From contig NC_068993.1 in the NCBI RefSeq assembly GCF_001194135.2, positions 26,218,751 through 26,282,750 on the forward strand: DNA of 64,000 nucleotides. Direction: 5' to 3'. This DNA is from Octopus bimaculoides (Eukaryota). The first letter of the stretch is position 1, and each line of letters starts with the position of its first letter. Shown here one piece after another: positions 50,771 to 62,510 of this stretch. A program made the position numbers and the translations under genes. The notes below the pieces were generated by a model. That model was not told the origin of the DNA. It saw only the letters and a program-made list of their open reading frames with translations, and ran no database searches.

Positions 50771-51341
50771 TAACCATTAACTTAGTGTTTTTTTTTTTAC
50801 TTTAAGCTATGGATGACTTAAGCTTACTTTTAACATCCCCATTCTTCTAAACACCTACTAAATAACTAACTCGCTTTTTAATCATGACTGCAACTAACCT
50901 CGCGTGTGCGTATGCTCACATTTTTGCTAATGCTTGTATGAGCGTGTGTACTCGTGCCATGCAGCTTGCCCGAGGGCGTTTATACATCCATATCTGTTAA
51001 CGGTTATTTTCAATACTTTTCTCTCTGGATTAAGTGTTTGTTTCTCTTTTTGTCTTCTGCAATATTATTTTTGGATCTTATATATATATATATAAGAAGA
51101 ATTTTCCTCTGTCTGTCTGTTTTTCTCTCTACAAAACAGGAAATTGCATTGTAGAACAGTCATTTTAATGAGTCTTTTTTTATTTATTTATCACCCAACG
51201 AGATACGTCTGCACCACCAGATACTCCTGAACCAGTTGTTAAGTGTCCCACAAGAGGAGTCAATACTAAATGTGTCGAAACAATTGTTGTGATTAATAAT
51301 ATATTCTCGTATATTCCATCTTCTGTCTTTCATTTGTTATA

Positions 51342-51505
51342 TCATCATCATCATCATCATCGTTTAACGTCCGCTTTCCATGCTAGCATGGGTTGGACGA
51401 TTTGACTGAGGACTGGTGAACCAGGTGGCTACACCAGGCTCCAATCTGTTGGCAGAGTTTCTACAGCTGGATGCCCTTCCTAATGCCAACCACTCTGAGA
51501 GTGTA
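51342..51505 (-). mobile_element. RTE 3' tail
   Basis: (ATC)n plus the reverse complement of the RTE terminus. Confidence 0.85.
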
Positions 51506-51529
51506 TAGATATGTATATATATATATATA

Positions 51530-51641
51530 TTCTTTTACTTGTTTCAGTCATTTGACTGTGGCCATGCTGGAGCACCGCCTTCAGTCGAGCAAATCAACCC
51601 CAGGACTTATTCTTTGTAAGCCTAGTACTTATTCTATCGGT
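51530..51641 (-). mobile_element. SINE family A 3' module, cut by a gap
   Basis: Matches 363-480. Confidence 0.8.
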
Positions 51642-52036
51642 NNNNNNNNNNNNNNNNNNNNNNNNNNNNNNNNNNNNNNNNNNNNNNNNNNNNNNNNNNN
51701 NNNNNNNNNNNNNNNNNNNNNNNNNNNNNNNNNNNNNNNNNNNNNNNNNNNNNNNNNNNNNNNNNNNNNNNNNNNNNNNNNNNNNNNNNNNNNNNNNNNN
51801 NNNNNNNNNNNNNNNNNNNNNNNNNNNNNNNNNNNNNNNNNNNNNNNNNNNNNNNNNNNNNNNNNNNNNNNNNNNNNNNNNNNNNNNNNNNNNNNNNNNN
51901 NNNNNNNNNNNNNNNNNNNNNNNNNNNNNNNNNNNNNNNNNNNNNNNNNNNNNNNNNNNNNNNNNNNNNNNNNNNNNNNNNNNNNNNNNNNNNNNNNNNN
52001 NNNNNNNNNNNNNNNNNNNNNNNNNNNNNNNNNNNN
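51642..52036. other. Largest assembly gap (N run)
   Basis: Direct inspection; one of about 15 gaps. Confidence 1.
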
Positions 52037-53554
52037 ATGAAGGAACTACATGTGTTTCAGTATTGGAAGATTACAATATATATGCATATACGCAATTGTA
52101 TACCCATATATATATATACATATATAAATACATTTATGCAATTGTCAGATTTACAATTATTCCAACACATCCTCAGGTTCTATTTCAAAATATCATATAT
52201 CTAATTTTACATCCCTTTAAAAATAAGCAATACAATTAAGCGTTAAAGATTAAAAATTACGAATTAAAAATTAAGGATAAAAATTATACTTTATAATATT
52301 AAGAATTCAAATTTATAGATTATGCATTATAAATATGAATTAGTATATATATCAATCAGGTAAAGTCAAGTATATGTCAAATACAGAATGTGAGATATAA
52401 GATTAAACGTGAGAGAGAGAATTGTTCTTAAGTAATTTTGTTCAGCTAACATATGGTCATTCAACCAGCTGAAAATTGCAGCTAAATCTTTAAAAATTAC
52501 ACTCTGTTGTCTGAAATGAAGATTTTTTTTTTAACAATGTAATTTCTGATGGGATTATCTCCACTGGAAAGCCTTGCATCATAGTTTTGTTCCACTACAA
52601 CTGATCTGGGAATACACAACTACAAAGCCATTGGGTGCAAGTGCTCAAACAGCAAGATATAGTTGCCAAATTTCTCTCAAATCCTATCTGCATTCTTAAA
52701 TTAGGTGAAGGAAACATTAAAGACTAACATATATAAACAAATATGAATACAACAGATACATCAAAGAGTACACTCAATAAAAATACATAAATCACATATA
52801 AATTTATTATATGAATCAACTGCATAAAAACAATTGAACAGATGAATACATAATCAAATACCTCATAAAGCAGAACACAAAATGTGTCACATCTGATCAT
52901 AAACTCTAACTAATAGTATACTACAAAAACTTCTTTATCAATAGCACAACATCAGCATGTAAGCCAGGAACAGCATACTAACAACACAGTTTATCTATAA
53001 ATTTCACTGTAAAACTGAAAGTTGCAAACATCAGGACTCTAGTTGTTACATCAGACATACTAGTATACAATTTCTCATAGGTTCATCATTCATTTACAAC
53101 TAGAAGAAATTACAAAACACTATGCTACACACTACAAACAATATTAGACAGACAAATACTAAAAAATAATACTTTTGCAAAATAGAAAATCAATCATGAT
53201 CCCTATATTGATCTCACAACACAATGTTAAAATAAACATGCAAACTATGCACACATCAAAAGATTAACACGTGGCTACTGTCATGAAAACTTAATAGTTA
53301 GAAATTTTATCACAACAGATTAATTAACTTGTGATTGCTGATATAGAAACCTAAACAATTTTTTGACAGAATAGTCTAAATGGAAACAACTGCAATATAA
53401 GAAACAAAACAGATGCCAAATCCATTTAAATTCTTGAAAATAAGACTGTGAAAATGTGGAAATGTTGAATATGAATTTAAGAACTTTATTGTTTCAAACT
53501 AACTGCAATATATAAAAAAAAAATGGACACACCAATAATTAAATTTCTACTCTT

Positions 53555-54371
53555 GTTATCCATCACACATCAAAAGAAACATCCCATACAGCATGGCTAG
53601 ATGCATCTGTGCTATAGTAAGTGATCCTAAAACACACGAAATCAGACTCAACAAACTCAGAGGCTTCTTTACTATACAAAAATACTCCTTAGGTTTAATG
53701 AAGGTGATGAAACTGAATATCACCCAACTACGGACACCTAAGGAAAAAGTAAATGAAAACACGATTCCACTCAGTAACACATACAGTCCTGGAATAACTA
53801 ACATATTCCACGTCATAAAATCAAACTTGCCTATGCTCCTACAAGGCCCAAAGAGGAAAACTCTGATTGAAAAAACACCTTACAGAATAGCAGACGCCAA
53901 CCAAAATATCTTAACAAACACCTCACAAGGGAAGAATTCAGATCAGAGAATAAACCAGAATTCATAGTAAAAGAATGTGGAGGTAGGAAATGTGGAACGT
54001 GTAACAATACTAACTTCAAGTACATAGAAAGTGGTTCCCACATAAAGTTCAAGTGCAGATCCATTTCAAAAATAAATGCAGATATGAACTGTAAAACACA
54101 AAATCTCATATACTGCATTACCTGCCTAAACTGTAAAGAAAATTACATTGGCAAAACGAATAACTCCCTCTGCCAATGTGCAAGAATTCACAGGCAACAT
54201 ATCTGGCAAGAAGAACTACGAAAGATTCCATTGAGTAAACATCTAGAAATATGCAGAGATGGAAAGTTCAAAATCTTTCCCTTTTACAAATATACATGGA
54301 ACGATCCACAATACCGAAAGGCAATGGAACTACACTTCATAAAAAGATTCTCTCCAAAGTTAAATGTTTGA
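53555..54371 (+). mobile_element. Penelope-like element C-terminus (thumb, Cys linker, GIY-YIG; Neptune-like)
   Basis: HPSHIKRNIPYSMARCICAIVSD; CGGRKCGTC; NLIYCITCLNCKENYIGKT..ARIHRQHI..LSKHLEIC..RKAMELHFIKRFSPKLNV*. Confidence 0.9.
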
Positions 54372-54874
54372 AAGAGGAAAAAGCAAAGCAAAGAGTACGA
54401 TTTGTATGTATGTATATGTATATATGTGTGGGTATGATATGATATATATAGTTATTTTATTTTATTGACTAATTGATTTTTCAAATTATTAATTTACAAA
54501 TATTACACTAATGTATTCTCATACAGAACTACACCTTACCAAAACTAAATAAACAAGTGTATGACAAGAAAATATTCTAGATATAACTCAAATACAAAAA
54601 GAAAGGACTAAAACAGAAAGGATAAGAAAACATTTTTTTATTATTTATTTTTTATTTCTTATTCTCTATTTTTTTCTTTTTTTTTTCTTTTCTTTCTTTT
54701 TTTGCCATCCCTAGAAACCATTTAAAAACAATGGTGTAAGTAGTAAACAAGTTTTTACTTTTATTTATTTATTTNNNNNNNNNNNNNNNNNNNNNNNNNN
54801 NNNNNNNNNNNNNNNNNNNNNNNNNNNNNNNNNNNNNNNNNNNNNNNNNNNNNNNNNNNNNNNNNNNNNNNNNN

Positions 54875-54915
<41 letters not shown>

Positions 54916-55359
54916 CAGACAGACGGTGAGAGAGGGACAGAGAGACAGACAGACAGGGAATTAGAGAGCGAGATAGATAGATAGATAGACAGATAAACAG
55001 ACAGACAGATGGATATAGATATATCTGTATTGTTTTGGTAGTCTGAAAGATATATATCAATCAGACTCAGATCATTGGTGTGCATGCAATAGGTGATACA
55101 TGCACACATACATGTGTATATGTGTGCATGAATATACGGAAGTGTTTACACTAATATGAATCTTGTAAACATTTACATACACATATGCATGAATACCCAC
55201 CCCAAAATATGGTATATACACTCACAAACCTGCCCACACTTGTCTGAGTCTGGTTAATTTATGTCATCTAGACATGCAAAACAGACAAGCTCTCCATTGA
55301 GCCTCTCACAATCAAAATAAAGTATATAATTTACATAACTATATTATGTTTATTCCATA

Positions 55360-55436
<77 letters not shown>

Positions 55437-56195
55437 CTACCTATCTATTTCTCTATTTACCTATCTCCCTATCTATTTATTTGTATGTATGTATATTTGT
55501 CCCAAAATACAAACTAGGTAACATCATTGGATTCAAACAATGTCCCTGATGTTACATCAGGCTTTCCTTTCTCCTGGTGCAATGTCTAAACTAAGACTAC
55601 AGTTCTCTCATTCCAATATGTCGGATGGCTGTTGACTCTACTGAGTTGATCTGCCTTTTGTCAGGTTTTGTTTTTCATCCTGCATAGCTTTGTAGGGTTG
55701 CCAATTTAGCAGTCACCAATGGCTCAAAAATTTGACAAATTGTTTAGAGAACAGAATTGACCCAGTGCCAGGCCTTGCACCACTTTAAAAAGCTTCAGGC
55801 ATAGGCATCACTTGATTTTTAGCATTTCTGTTATGAATGGCTGGGCATAGTCAAAAAGAGGCAAAACACTCTATGAAAATTTACATGATGAAACTGATGA
55901 CGTGTTAGTGTAGGTGGTGAGTTCTCTGAACACCTACTGCAAAAGGTGTTTATCTTTTACACATCTGTGCAAAAGAGTATAGATTTGTAACAGAATGGAA
56001 AAGCTACACACTGGCAAATTATATTTAAAAGAACAGTCAAGCAATGACATTCCTTGAAATTGAGTTGCAACCATCATATATATATATATAATAATATTAG
56101 GGACAAAATCCAAAATTACAGGTAAAAACTCAATTACAATCAATTTATAAAAAATCAAAATTAAATTGAGCTTTATAGATAAAATATATATAAAA

Positions 56196-56453
56196 TATAT
56201 AGTTTTAGGGAAAATAACCAAGTTTCAAGAACTCATCGATGAAAATCCACTATCACATATAGAAAAATTAACTATAAAAAGCACAATAAATGAGTATAAT
56301 ATAAAACAAAGTAAATATCATAAGATAAAGATATTTACTTTGTTTTATATTATACTCATTTATTGTGCTTTTTATTGTTAATTTTTCTATATGTGATAGT
56401 GGATTTTCATTGATGAGTTCTTGAAACTTGGTTATTTTCCCTAAAATTATATA
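56196..56453. repeat. 258-bp near-perfect palindrome
   Basis: 124-bp arms (56196-56319 / 56330-56453), 3 mismatches, 10-nt loop; abuts an N-gap. Confidence 0.9.
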
Positions 56454-56880
56454 NNNNNNNNNNNNNNNNNNNNNNNNNNNNNNNNNNNNNNNNNNNNNNN
56501 NNNNNNNNNNNNNNNNNNNNNNNNNNNNNNNNNNNNNNNNNNNNNNNNNNNNNNNNNNNNNNNNNNNNNNNNNNNNNNNNNNNNNNNNNNNNNNNNNNNN
56601 NNNNNNNNNNNNNNNNNNNNNNNNNNNNNNNNNNNNNNNNNNNNNNNNATATATATATATATATATATATATACAGATGGCACCTGACAATCTTCCAGAT
56701 TATAGAAGACACCTGTGCAATAGAGGCAAGAGCTACTTCTGTAAAGGACTAATCCTTGACTTGCAGTCTTGGCCTCAAATACTCTCTCTCTCTCTCTCTC
56801 TCCCTCTCCCTCTCCCTCTCTCTCTCTCTCTCTGCATATAACATATACATAATCCTAATTATAAGACAAATATTACTTTA

Positions 56881-57033
56881 ACATATCTTTAATGATCAGT
56901 TACATAATGAAGTACCACTCTAATGTCTAAAACCGCAAACATTACGTAAATTTTCACTGTGAATTTTTGTATAAACTGGTGTTGTAAACAGAATTGGTAC
57001 AGAAACAATTGTAGCTGATCATTAAAGATATGT
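56881..57033. repeat. Small MITE-like inverted repeat
   Basis: 24-bp arms acatatctttaatgatcag(t/c)taca at 56881-56904 and 57010-57033, with degenerate outward extension. Confidence 0.65.
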
Positions 57034-57320
57034 GAAAATATTTCTTCGCCTAATTATTTGGATTATATTTTACTCTTTACTAAACCCACACAACGGTTTT
57101 ACTCTTGGGAAACCAGAAATTTCTACACCTGAAGAATTTCGGTATTAGTCTGGAATTCAACAGTGTTGATAGCCCAAAACTCAGGTCGAGTGCTTCATTG
57201 AATTACTCTACTTTTATACCCTACCGGGACCTTGTGTGTGTGTGTGTGTGTGTGCATACATAGAAAGAAAGGAAGATTTAGACAGTTATATCTTTTACTC
57301 ATGCATGCGCATGCATACAC

Positions 57321-57351
<31 letters not shown>

Positions 57352-57729
57352 CTCACAAAATGTACATCATTATTATGACTAGGAAAAAGTTGCTAATATA
57401 TATAATTGTATGTTGGTAACAAAATTATTTGATCACACTTAGAAATTTTATGTGATTGACTTTGCACACCATCAGTGGGTCTGAAATAATGAAAAGATAA
57501 AATAGTCGTTAAAATATTTGCAGTGTTAAACATCTTTGGTCATGTGATCAATGAAGTGGGTTTCTTTAGTCAAGCTTCAAGGAGGTGATTCTACTTTGAA
57601 GATAATTAGTAGGAACTGCTTAATTACTTAACAAAAACCACTAATCAAATATATGAAAAACAAAAAACTACTAAACACCATCCCTTAATACTACTCCCTC
57701 CTCAGCTGAGGGTCTTATTTTGCAAGTCA

Positions 57730-57935
57730 TTTGGTGACCTCACTGCTGTTGGTGTCCTGTAGAAAGCACCCAGTACATTCTGTAAGGTGGTTGGCTGAGA
57801 AAGGGCACCCAGGTATAGAAAATATTTCAAAGCAAACAGCAGAGTTTGACACAGCCCTATGGCTGACCAGCTCCTGTCAAACTGTCCAGCTCATGCTAGC
57901 ATGGAAGGTGGATTTTAAACGATGGTGATGATAAT
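57730..57935 (+). mobile_element. Old RTE 3' tail
   Basis: Diverged ccagctcatgctagcatggaaggtggattttaaacgatggtgatg. Confidence 0.65.
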
Positions 57936-57951
57936 AATAATGAATATTTAA

Positions 57952-58005
57952 AACTTACTGATGAGTCCATAACCTTTAGTCATGAGGAAACATCAGGTGT
58001 CTCAA
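57952..58005 (+). ncRNA. Hammerhead-like motif (intact CTGATGA, GAAA, GTC; degraded stems)
   Basis: ctgatga-gtccataac(cttta)gtcatgag-gaaac-atcaggt-gtc. Confidence 0.45.
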
Positions 58006-58110
58006 CATGCAATTATAACAAGCTCAGCATATTTTAAAAATAGATGTGTGTTGAGTACTTTTGTGTTTTTGCAGGGAAAAAAGAAATAAGTTTTTGTATG
58101 TGTGTATGTG

Positions 58111-58151
<41 letters not shown>

Positions 58152-58152
58152 C

Positions 58153-58243
58153 CAAGAAAGTTAGGGGTTGTGAATCCAACCCACTAAGGCATAATATCTA
58201 TCCAATATACTGCCGGAATAATACCCAATTATTATTACACTAG
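58153..58243. repeat. ~95-bp dispersed element, copy 2
   Basis: Near-identical to 46297-46392. Confidence 0.85.
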
Positions 58244-58292
58244 TACTTTTTCTTTGTATTACCAAGTGCAATAAATGGGTGCAGGTATATTG

Positions 58293-58326
<34 letters not shown>

Positions 58327-58329
58327 TTA

Positions 58330-59345
58330 TCAGGTCATTAAGAATGAATGAAATATCCAATTTTCTTAGGCAACAAGTTTGACAGTCATTAACTTTAATG
58401 TTTTATCCTGACAATTCACATCGTCACTTTTCGAAATGCAGTTCATGGTGTCTGATTATATTGTGAGTCTTCTCTTGTAAATCAATTTTTGTGAACCTAT
58501 AGATAGATCAAAAAGTCATGTTGTTTATGAATATGAGTTCTATCGTGGAACCAATGCATCCCAGACAGCTCAAACCATCAATGAGGTGTTTGGTGAAGAT
58601 GTGGCAAATGAGTGCACTGTACATTGATGGTTTAAGAAGTTCTGGTCTGGTGACTTTACTCTTGAAAAATCAACCCCGTGGTAGACCTGAGACCAAGGTG
58701 GATAATGATGAGCTGGAAACTGCAGTGGAAGTGGATACATCTCAAACTACGCGTGAGTTAGCAGCAAGGTTTGATATTTTGATTCCAACTGTATTGGACC
58801 ATCTGAAACAAATCGGAAAGGTAAAGAAGCTGGGTAAGTGGGTACTAAACAGACTGAACATGCACCAAATGACACGTCGTCTTGAAACTTGCTGTTCTTT
58901 GCTGTCATAGCATAAAAGCAGACCATTTTTGCATTAGGAATGAGAACCCAGGTTCGAAATTTCCCCAAGACACCAGATGAAGGCCGGAGGGTATATCAGC
59001 CAAAACGTTGTGTTAACAACAAACAAGATGAGGACAAATATCCGTCAAATGTAAATAATGTACATTTTTGTATCGTATTGTTAAGTGTGATGAAAAAGGA
59101 TTCTTTTCAACAATAGCAAGTATTCTGCACGGTGGTTGGATAGAGACAAAGTGCCAAAACACAATCCAAAAAAGTTAATGGTGTCTGTTTGGTGGTCCAG
59201 CGCTAGTGTCATCCACTGCAGCTTCATGAGAACTGGTACGCCAATGACAGCAGATGTATACATCAACCAGTTGGATGAAATAATGAGTGAACTTGCAATT
59301 AAGCAACTGAGGTTGGTCAACAGAGACAGGCCAATTCTGAAAAAA
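58330..59345 (+). mobile_element. Mariner, cecropia-like (Hsmar1-type), 3'-truncated and interrupted
   Basis: RGRPETKVDNDEL..TTRELAARFD..HLKQIGKVKKLGKWV..CDEK..KLMVSVWWS. Confidence 0.88.
58935..59062 (+). mobile_element. 128-bp retroposed insert with 11-bp TSD carrying a hammerhead-like motif
   Basis: TSD catttttgcat (58924-34) / catttttgtat (59063-73); removing the insert and one TSD restores the mariner PFLHRIV..CDEK region. Confidence 0.8.
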
Positions 59346-59709
59346 TGAAAAGGACAGAATGAAGTCAAAGAGACGAAGAGAAAGCCAGGAAATGTGAGAG
59401 AGGGGGAACGAAAGAATGTAGAGTGGAATGAACGAAGTAAGTGCAAAGGGGCTGATAGGAAGAAGGAAAAAATACAAAGAATAATAGTCATACAAAATTT
59501 AGATATATATATACTTACATATAAGAGACCAAAGTGTAGATATGCCACTATATTTTTATATATAAAATACAAAAATGGGACAAAAATGCAAAACATCTAG
59601 ACAGTTAGGTGATACCAAAAAAGAGACAACAAAACATCCAGACAGATGATACAAAGAAAACATGGATGGGTCATTCGGAGTTTTCTTTCCTCAAATATTT
59701 ATATTTATA

Positions 59710-59835
59710 TGACAAGCTTCTTTTAGTTTCTATTGACCAAATCCACTCACAAGGCTTTGGTTGGCCTGAGGCTGTAGTACCCAAGGTGCCACACAGTGGG
59801 ACTGAACCCAGAACCATGTAGCTGAGAAGCAAGCT
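59710..59835 (-). mobile_element. SINE family A head module
   Basis: aaatccactcacaaggctttgg..gggactgaaccc..cttaccacacagtcac. Confidence 0.75.
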
Positions 59836-59865
59836 TCTTACCACACAGTCACACCTATATACTTG

Positions 59866-60520
59866 AGGCAGATCCAGCTGGTTTCCTTGAACATTTCCTT
59901 ACCCAGGAAGAATGTGGGCTTCATTACTTTGGGCTACAGGTAAAAAAAAGTCTATGCAGTGGAAACACTCCTTCTCACCTACTCCAAAGAAGGCCAATCT
60001 TGTTTCATCAGCAGAGAAGGTGACAGCCTCAGCTTTTTGAGATGCAAAAAGCATTGTATTTATTGACTATCTTCAAAAGGGCCACACAATCAATGAAGAG
60101 TACTATACCAACTTGCTGACCAAATCCCCAGGAAAACTGATGAAAGGGGTGTTGTTTCATCAGGACAATCCTCCAGCACACAAGTCCTTGCTTTCAATAG
60201 CTGCTGTGCATAACTGTGGCTTTGAAGTAGTTGATCAGCATCCCTATTCTTCTGATTTATCCCCATCTGACAATCATCTGTTCTCCATCATGAAAAAATA
60301 CTTACCTGGGAACCAATATCACAGTGATGATTATGTGATATCTGCTGTTGATGACATTTTTAACTTACAGGATAAAAGCTTCTTCACCAATGGGAACCAA
60401 GCACTGCAACACTGATGGAAGAAGTGTATGGACCACAAGGGGGACTATATTGAAAAAGAAACCTTTTTGGGTCATATTCCATGAGAATATGTTGATCAGC
60501 TGGAAAACTTCTCAGACGAA
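59866..60520 (+). mobile_element. 3' portion of mariner (31408 family)
   Basis: HQDNPPAHKS..YSSDLSPSDNHLF..NQYHSDDYVISAVDD. Confidence 0.88.
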
Positions 60521-61820
60521 AAACCAAAAAGCCTTAGTAAGTTAATCTTGTGAGAACCAAAGAGCAAAAAACCAAAAACCAAAGTCATAGTAAGTAGAAA
60601 AGCAGACAAATCACAAATCCCTTCAGGTAGATGGCTCTGCTCAATCTGTAGAAAAGGTGTAGGCAGAAACTCCATAAGATGTACGTAGTGTAAGCTATGG
60701 ACACATAAGAGGTGCAACAATATCAGAGCGAAGTTAACAGGGAAACTAGTTTTTGTGTGTGGAAGGTGCACAGGTACAATTAGCACTAAAAACATACAGA
60801 AAATAGGCTCCATCTAATGCCAGGAGGAAAGCTAGAAGTAATTGATAGCATCTTTTATTTATGTGACCAAGTCAGTAGTGGAGGTGGATGCTCTGAGAGT
60901 GTCACTGCTAGAACAAGAATAAGCTGAGCAAAGTTCAGAGCTCCTACCTCTGTTGGTAACAAAGGGCCTCTTCCTCAGAGTGAAAGATAAATTGTATGAT
61001 GCCTGAGTGTGAACAGCCATGCTACATGACAGTGAAACATGAGCTGTGACAATCAAGGATATGTACAGGCTTAAAAGGAATTAAGCTAGTATGCTTCACT
61101 GGATGTACAATGTCACTGTGCATGTACAACAGAATGTACGTATTTTGAGAGAAAAGTTGGGCATAAGAGACATCAGGTGCAATGTGCAAGAGAGACAACT
61201 GCACTGGTATGGTCATGTGATGCATATGGATGAGGACAGCTGTGTGGAGAAGTGCCAATCTCTAATAGTGGAGGGAAGCTGTGGAAGAGGTAAGACCCAG
61301 GAAGACATGGGATGAGGTGATGAAGCATGATCTTTGAATGTTGGGCTTCACAGAGGCAATGACTAGTGACGAAAGCCTTTGGCAATATGCCATGCTTGAG
61401 AAAACCTGTCAAGCCAAGTGAAATCATAGTTGTCGGTGTCACGTAACTGGCACTTGTGCCAGTGGCACATAAAAAGCACCTTTTCAGCATTGGGCTTCAT
61501 GGAGGCAATGACAAATGACCAAGACCTTTGGCAATATGTTGTGCTTGAGAAAACCTATCAAGCCAAGTGAAACCATAGTCATGGCAGATACTGGTGTCAT
61601 GCAACTGGCACCTGTGCCAGTGGCATGCAAAAGCACCCATTACACTCTTGGAGTGGTTGGCATTAGGAGGAGCATCCAACTGTAGAAACCCTGCCAAATC
61701 AGACTGGAGTCTGGCACAACTCCTCAGCTTGCCAGCCCTGGTCAAACCATCCAACCCATGCTAGCATGGACAATGGACATTAAATGATGATGACGATGAT
61801 GATAATGATGATGATGATGA
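60521..61820 (+). mobile_element. RTE LINE 3' third (end of ORF, 3' UTR, (GAT)n)
   Basis: SQIPSGRWLCSICRKGVGRNSIRCT*CKLW; LREKLGIRDIRCNVQERQLHWYGHV; tail as at 11218. Confidence 0.92.
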
Positions 61821-62477
61821 TATATGCACGCACACACAGAATTGTTGTGTAGTAAAAAGTTTGGTTCTCAACCACATGGTTACAACCCTAGGCCAACCAA
61901 AGCCTTATAAGTGGATTTAGTAGAGAGAAACTGAAAGAAGCCTCCGTGTGTGTGCCTTTGTCATGGTTAAACAAATATTACAATCATATTAACAGTTATC
62001 TCCTGATAACTTTCTCAGTTTATTTCACATCTACTAAATCTGTACATTGATATTAGGTTTATATTTTATTATCATTCAATCTTCCATGGTTAATCTTTCC
62101 TCTTTTTCTTAGGAAATTCTATATAAACAGGTAGTGCTATGAACCAATGCATTTTTCATTTTTTTTGTGTTCTGTATTACAATTCACTGTAATGGTTTCT
62201 TATTGTAAATGCATGACTACCCTTCTACAAAATGTGGCAACCATGCACCACTATCATCACATGAGGCAAGAAGGTTTTGTAATGTTAATGGATAATGTTA
62301 GAAACTTATTGTTCCATAAAGGTCAAGCAAGGAAAGGATTAAACTTCAACAACTTGTTTTCTGTATAATATGCTTGAAAGGAAGGTTGTTTCCTAGACAT
62401 GTACACAGACATATACCCATACATGCACACCTACATTCATATATANNNNNNNNNNNNNNNNNNNNNNNNNNNNNNNN

Positions 62478-62510
<33 letters not shown>

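Noticed and set aside
55890-55950. ctgatga followed by a gtaggtg/cacctac hairpin
   Set aside because: No GAAA, and the putative cleavage nucleotide would be G.
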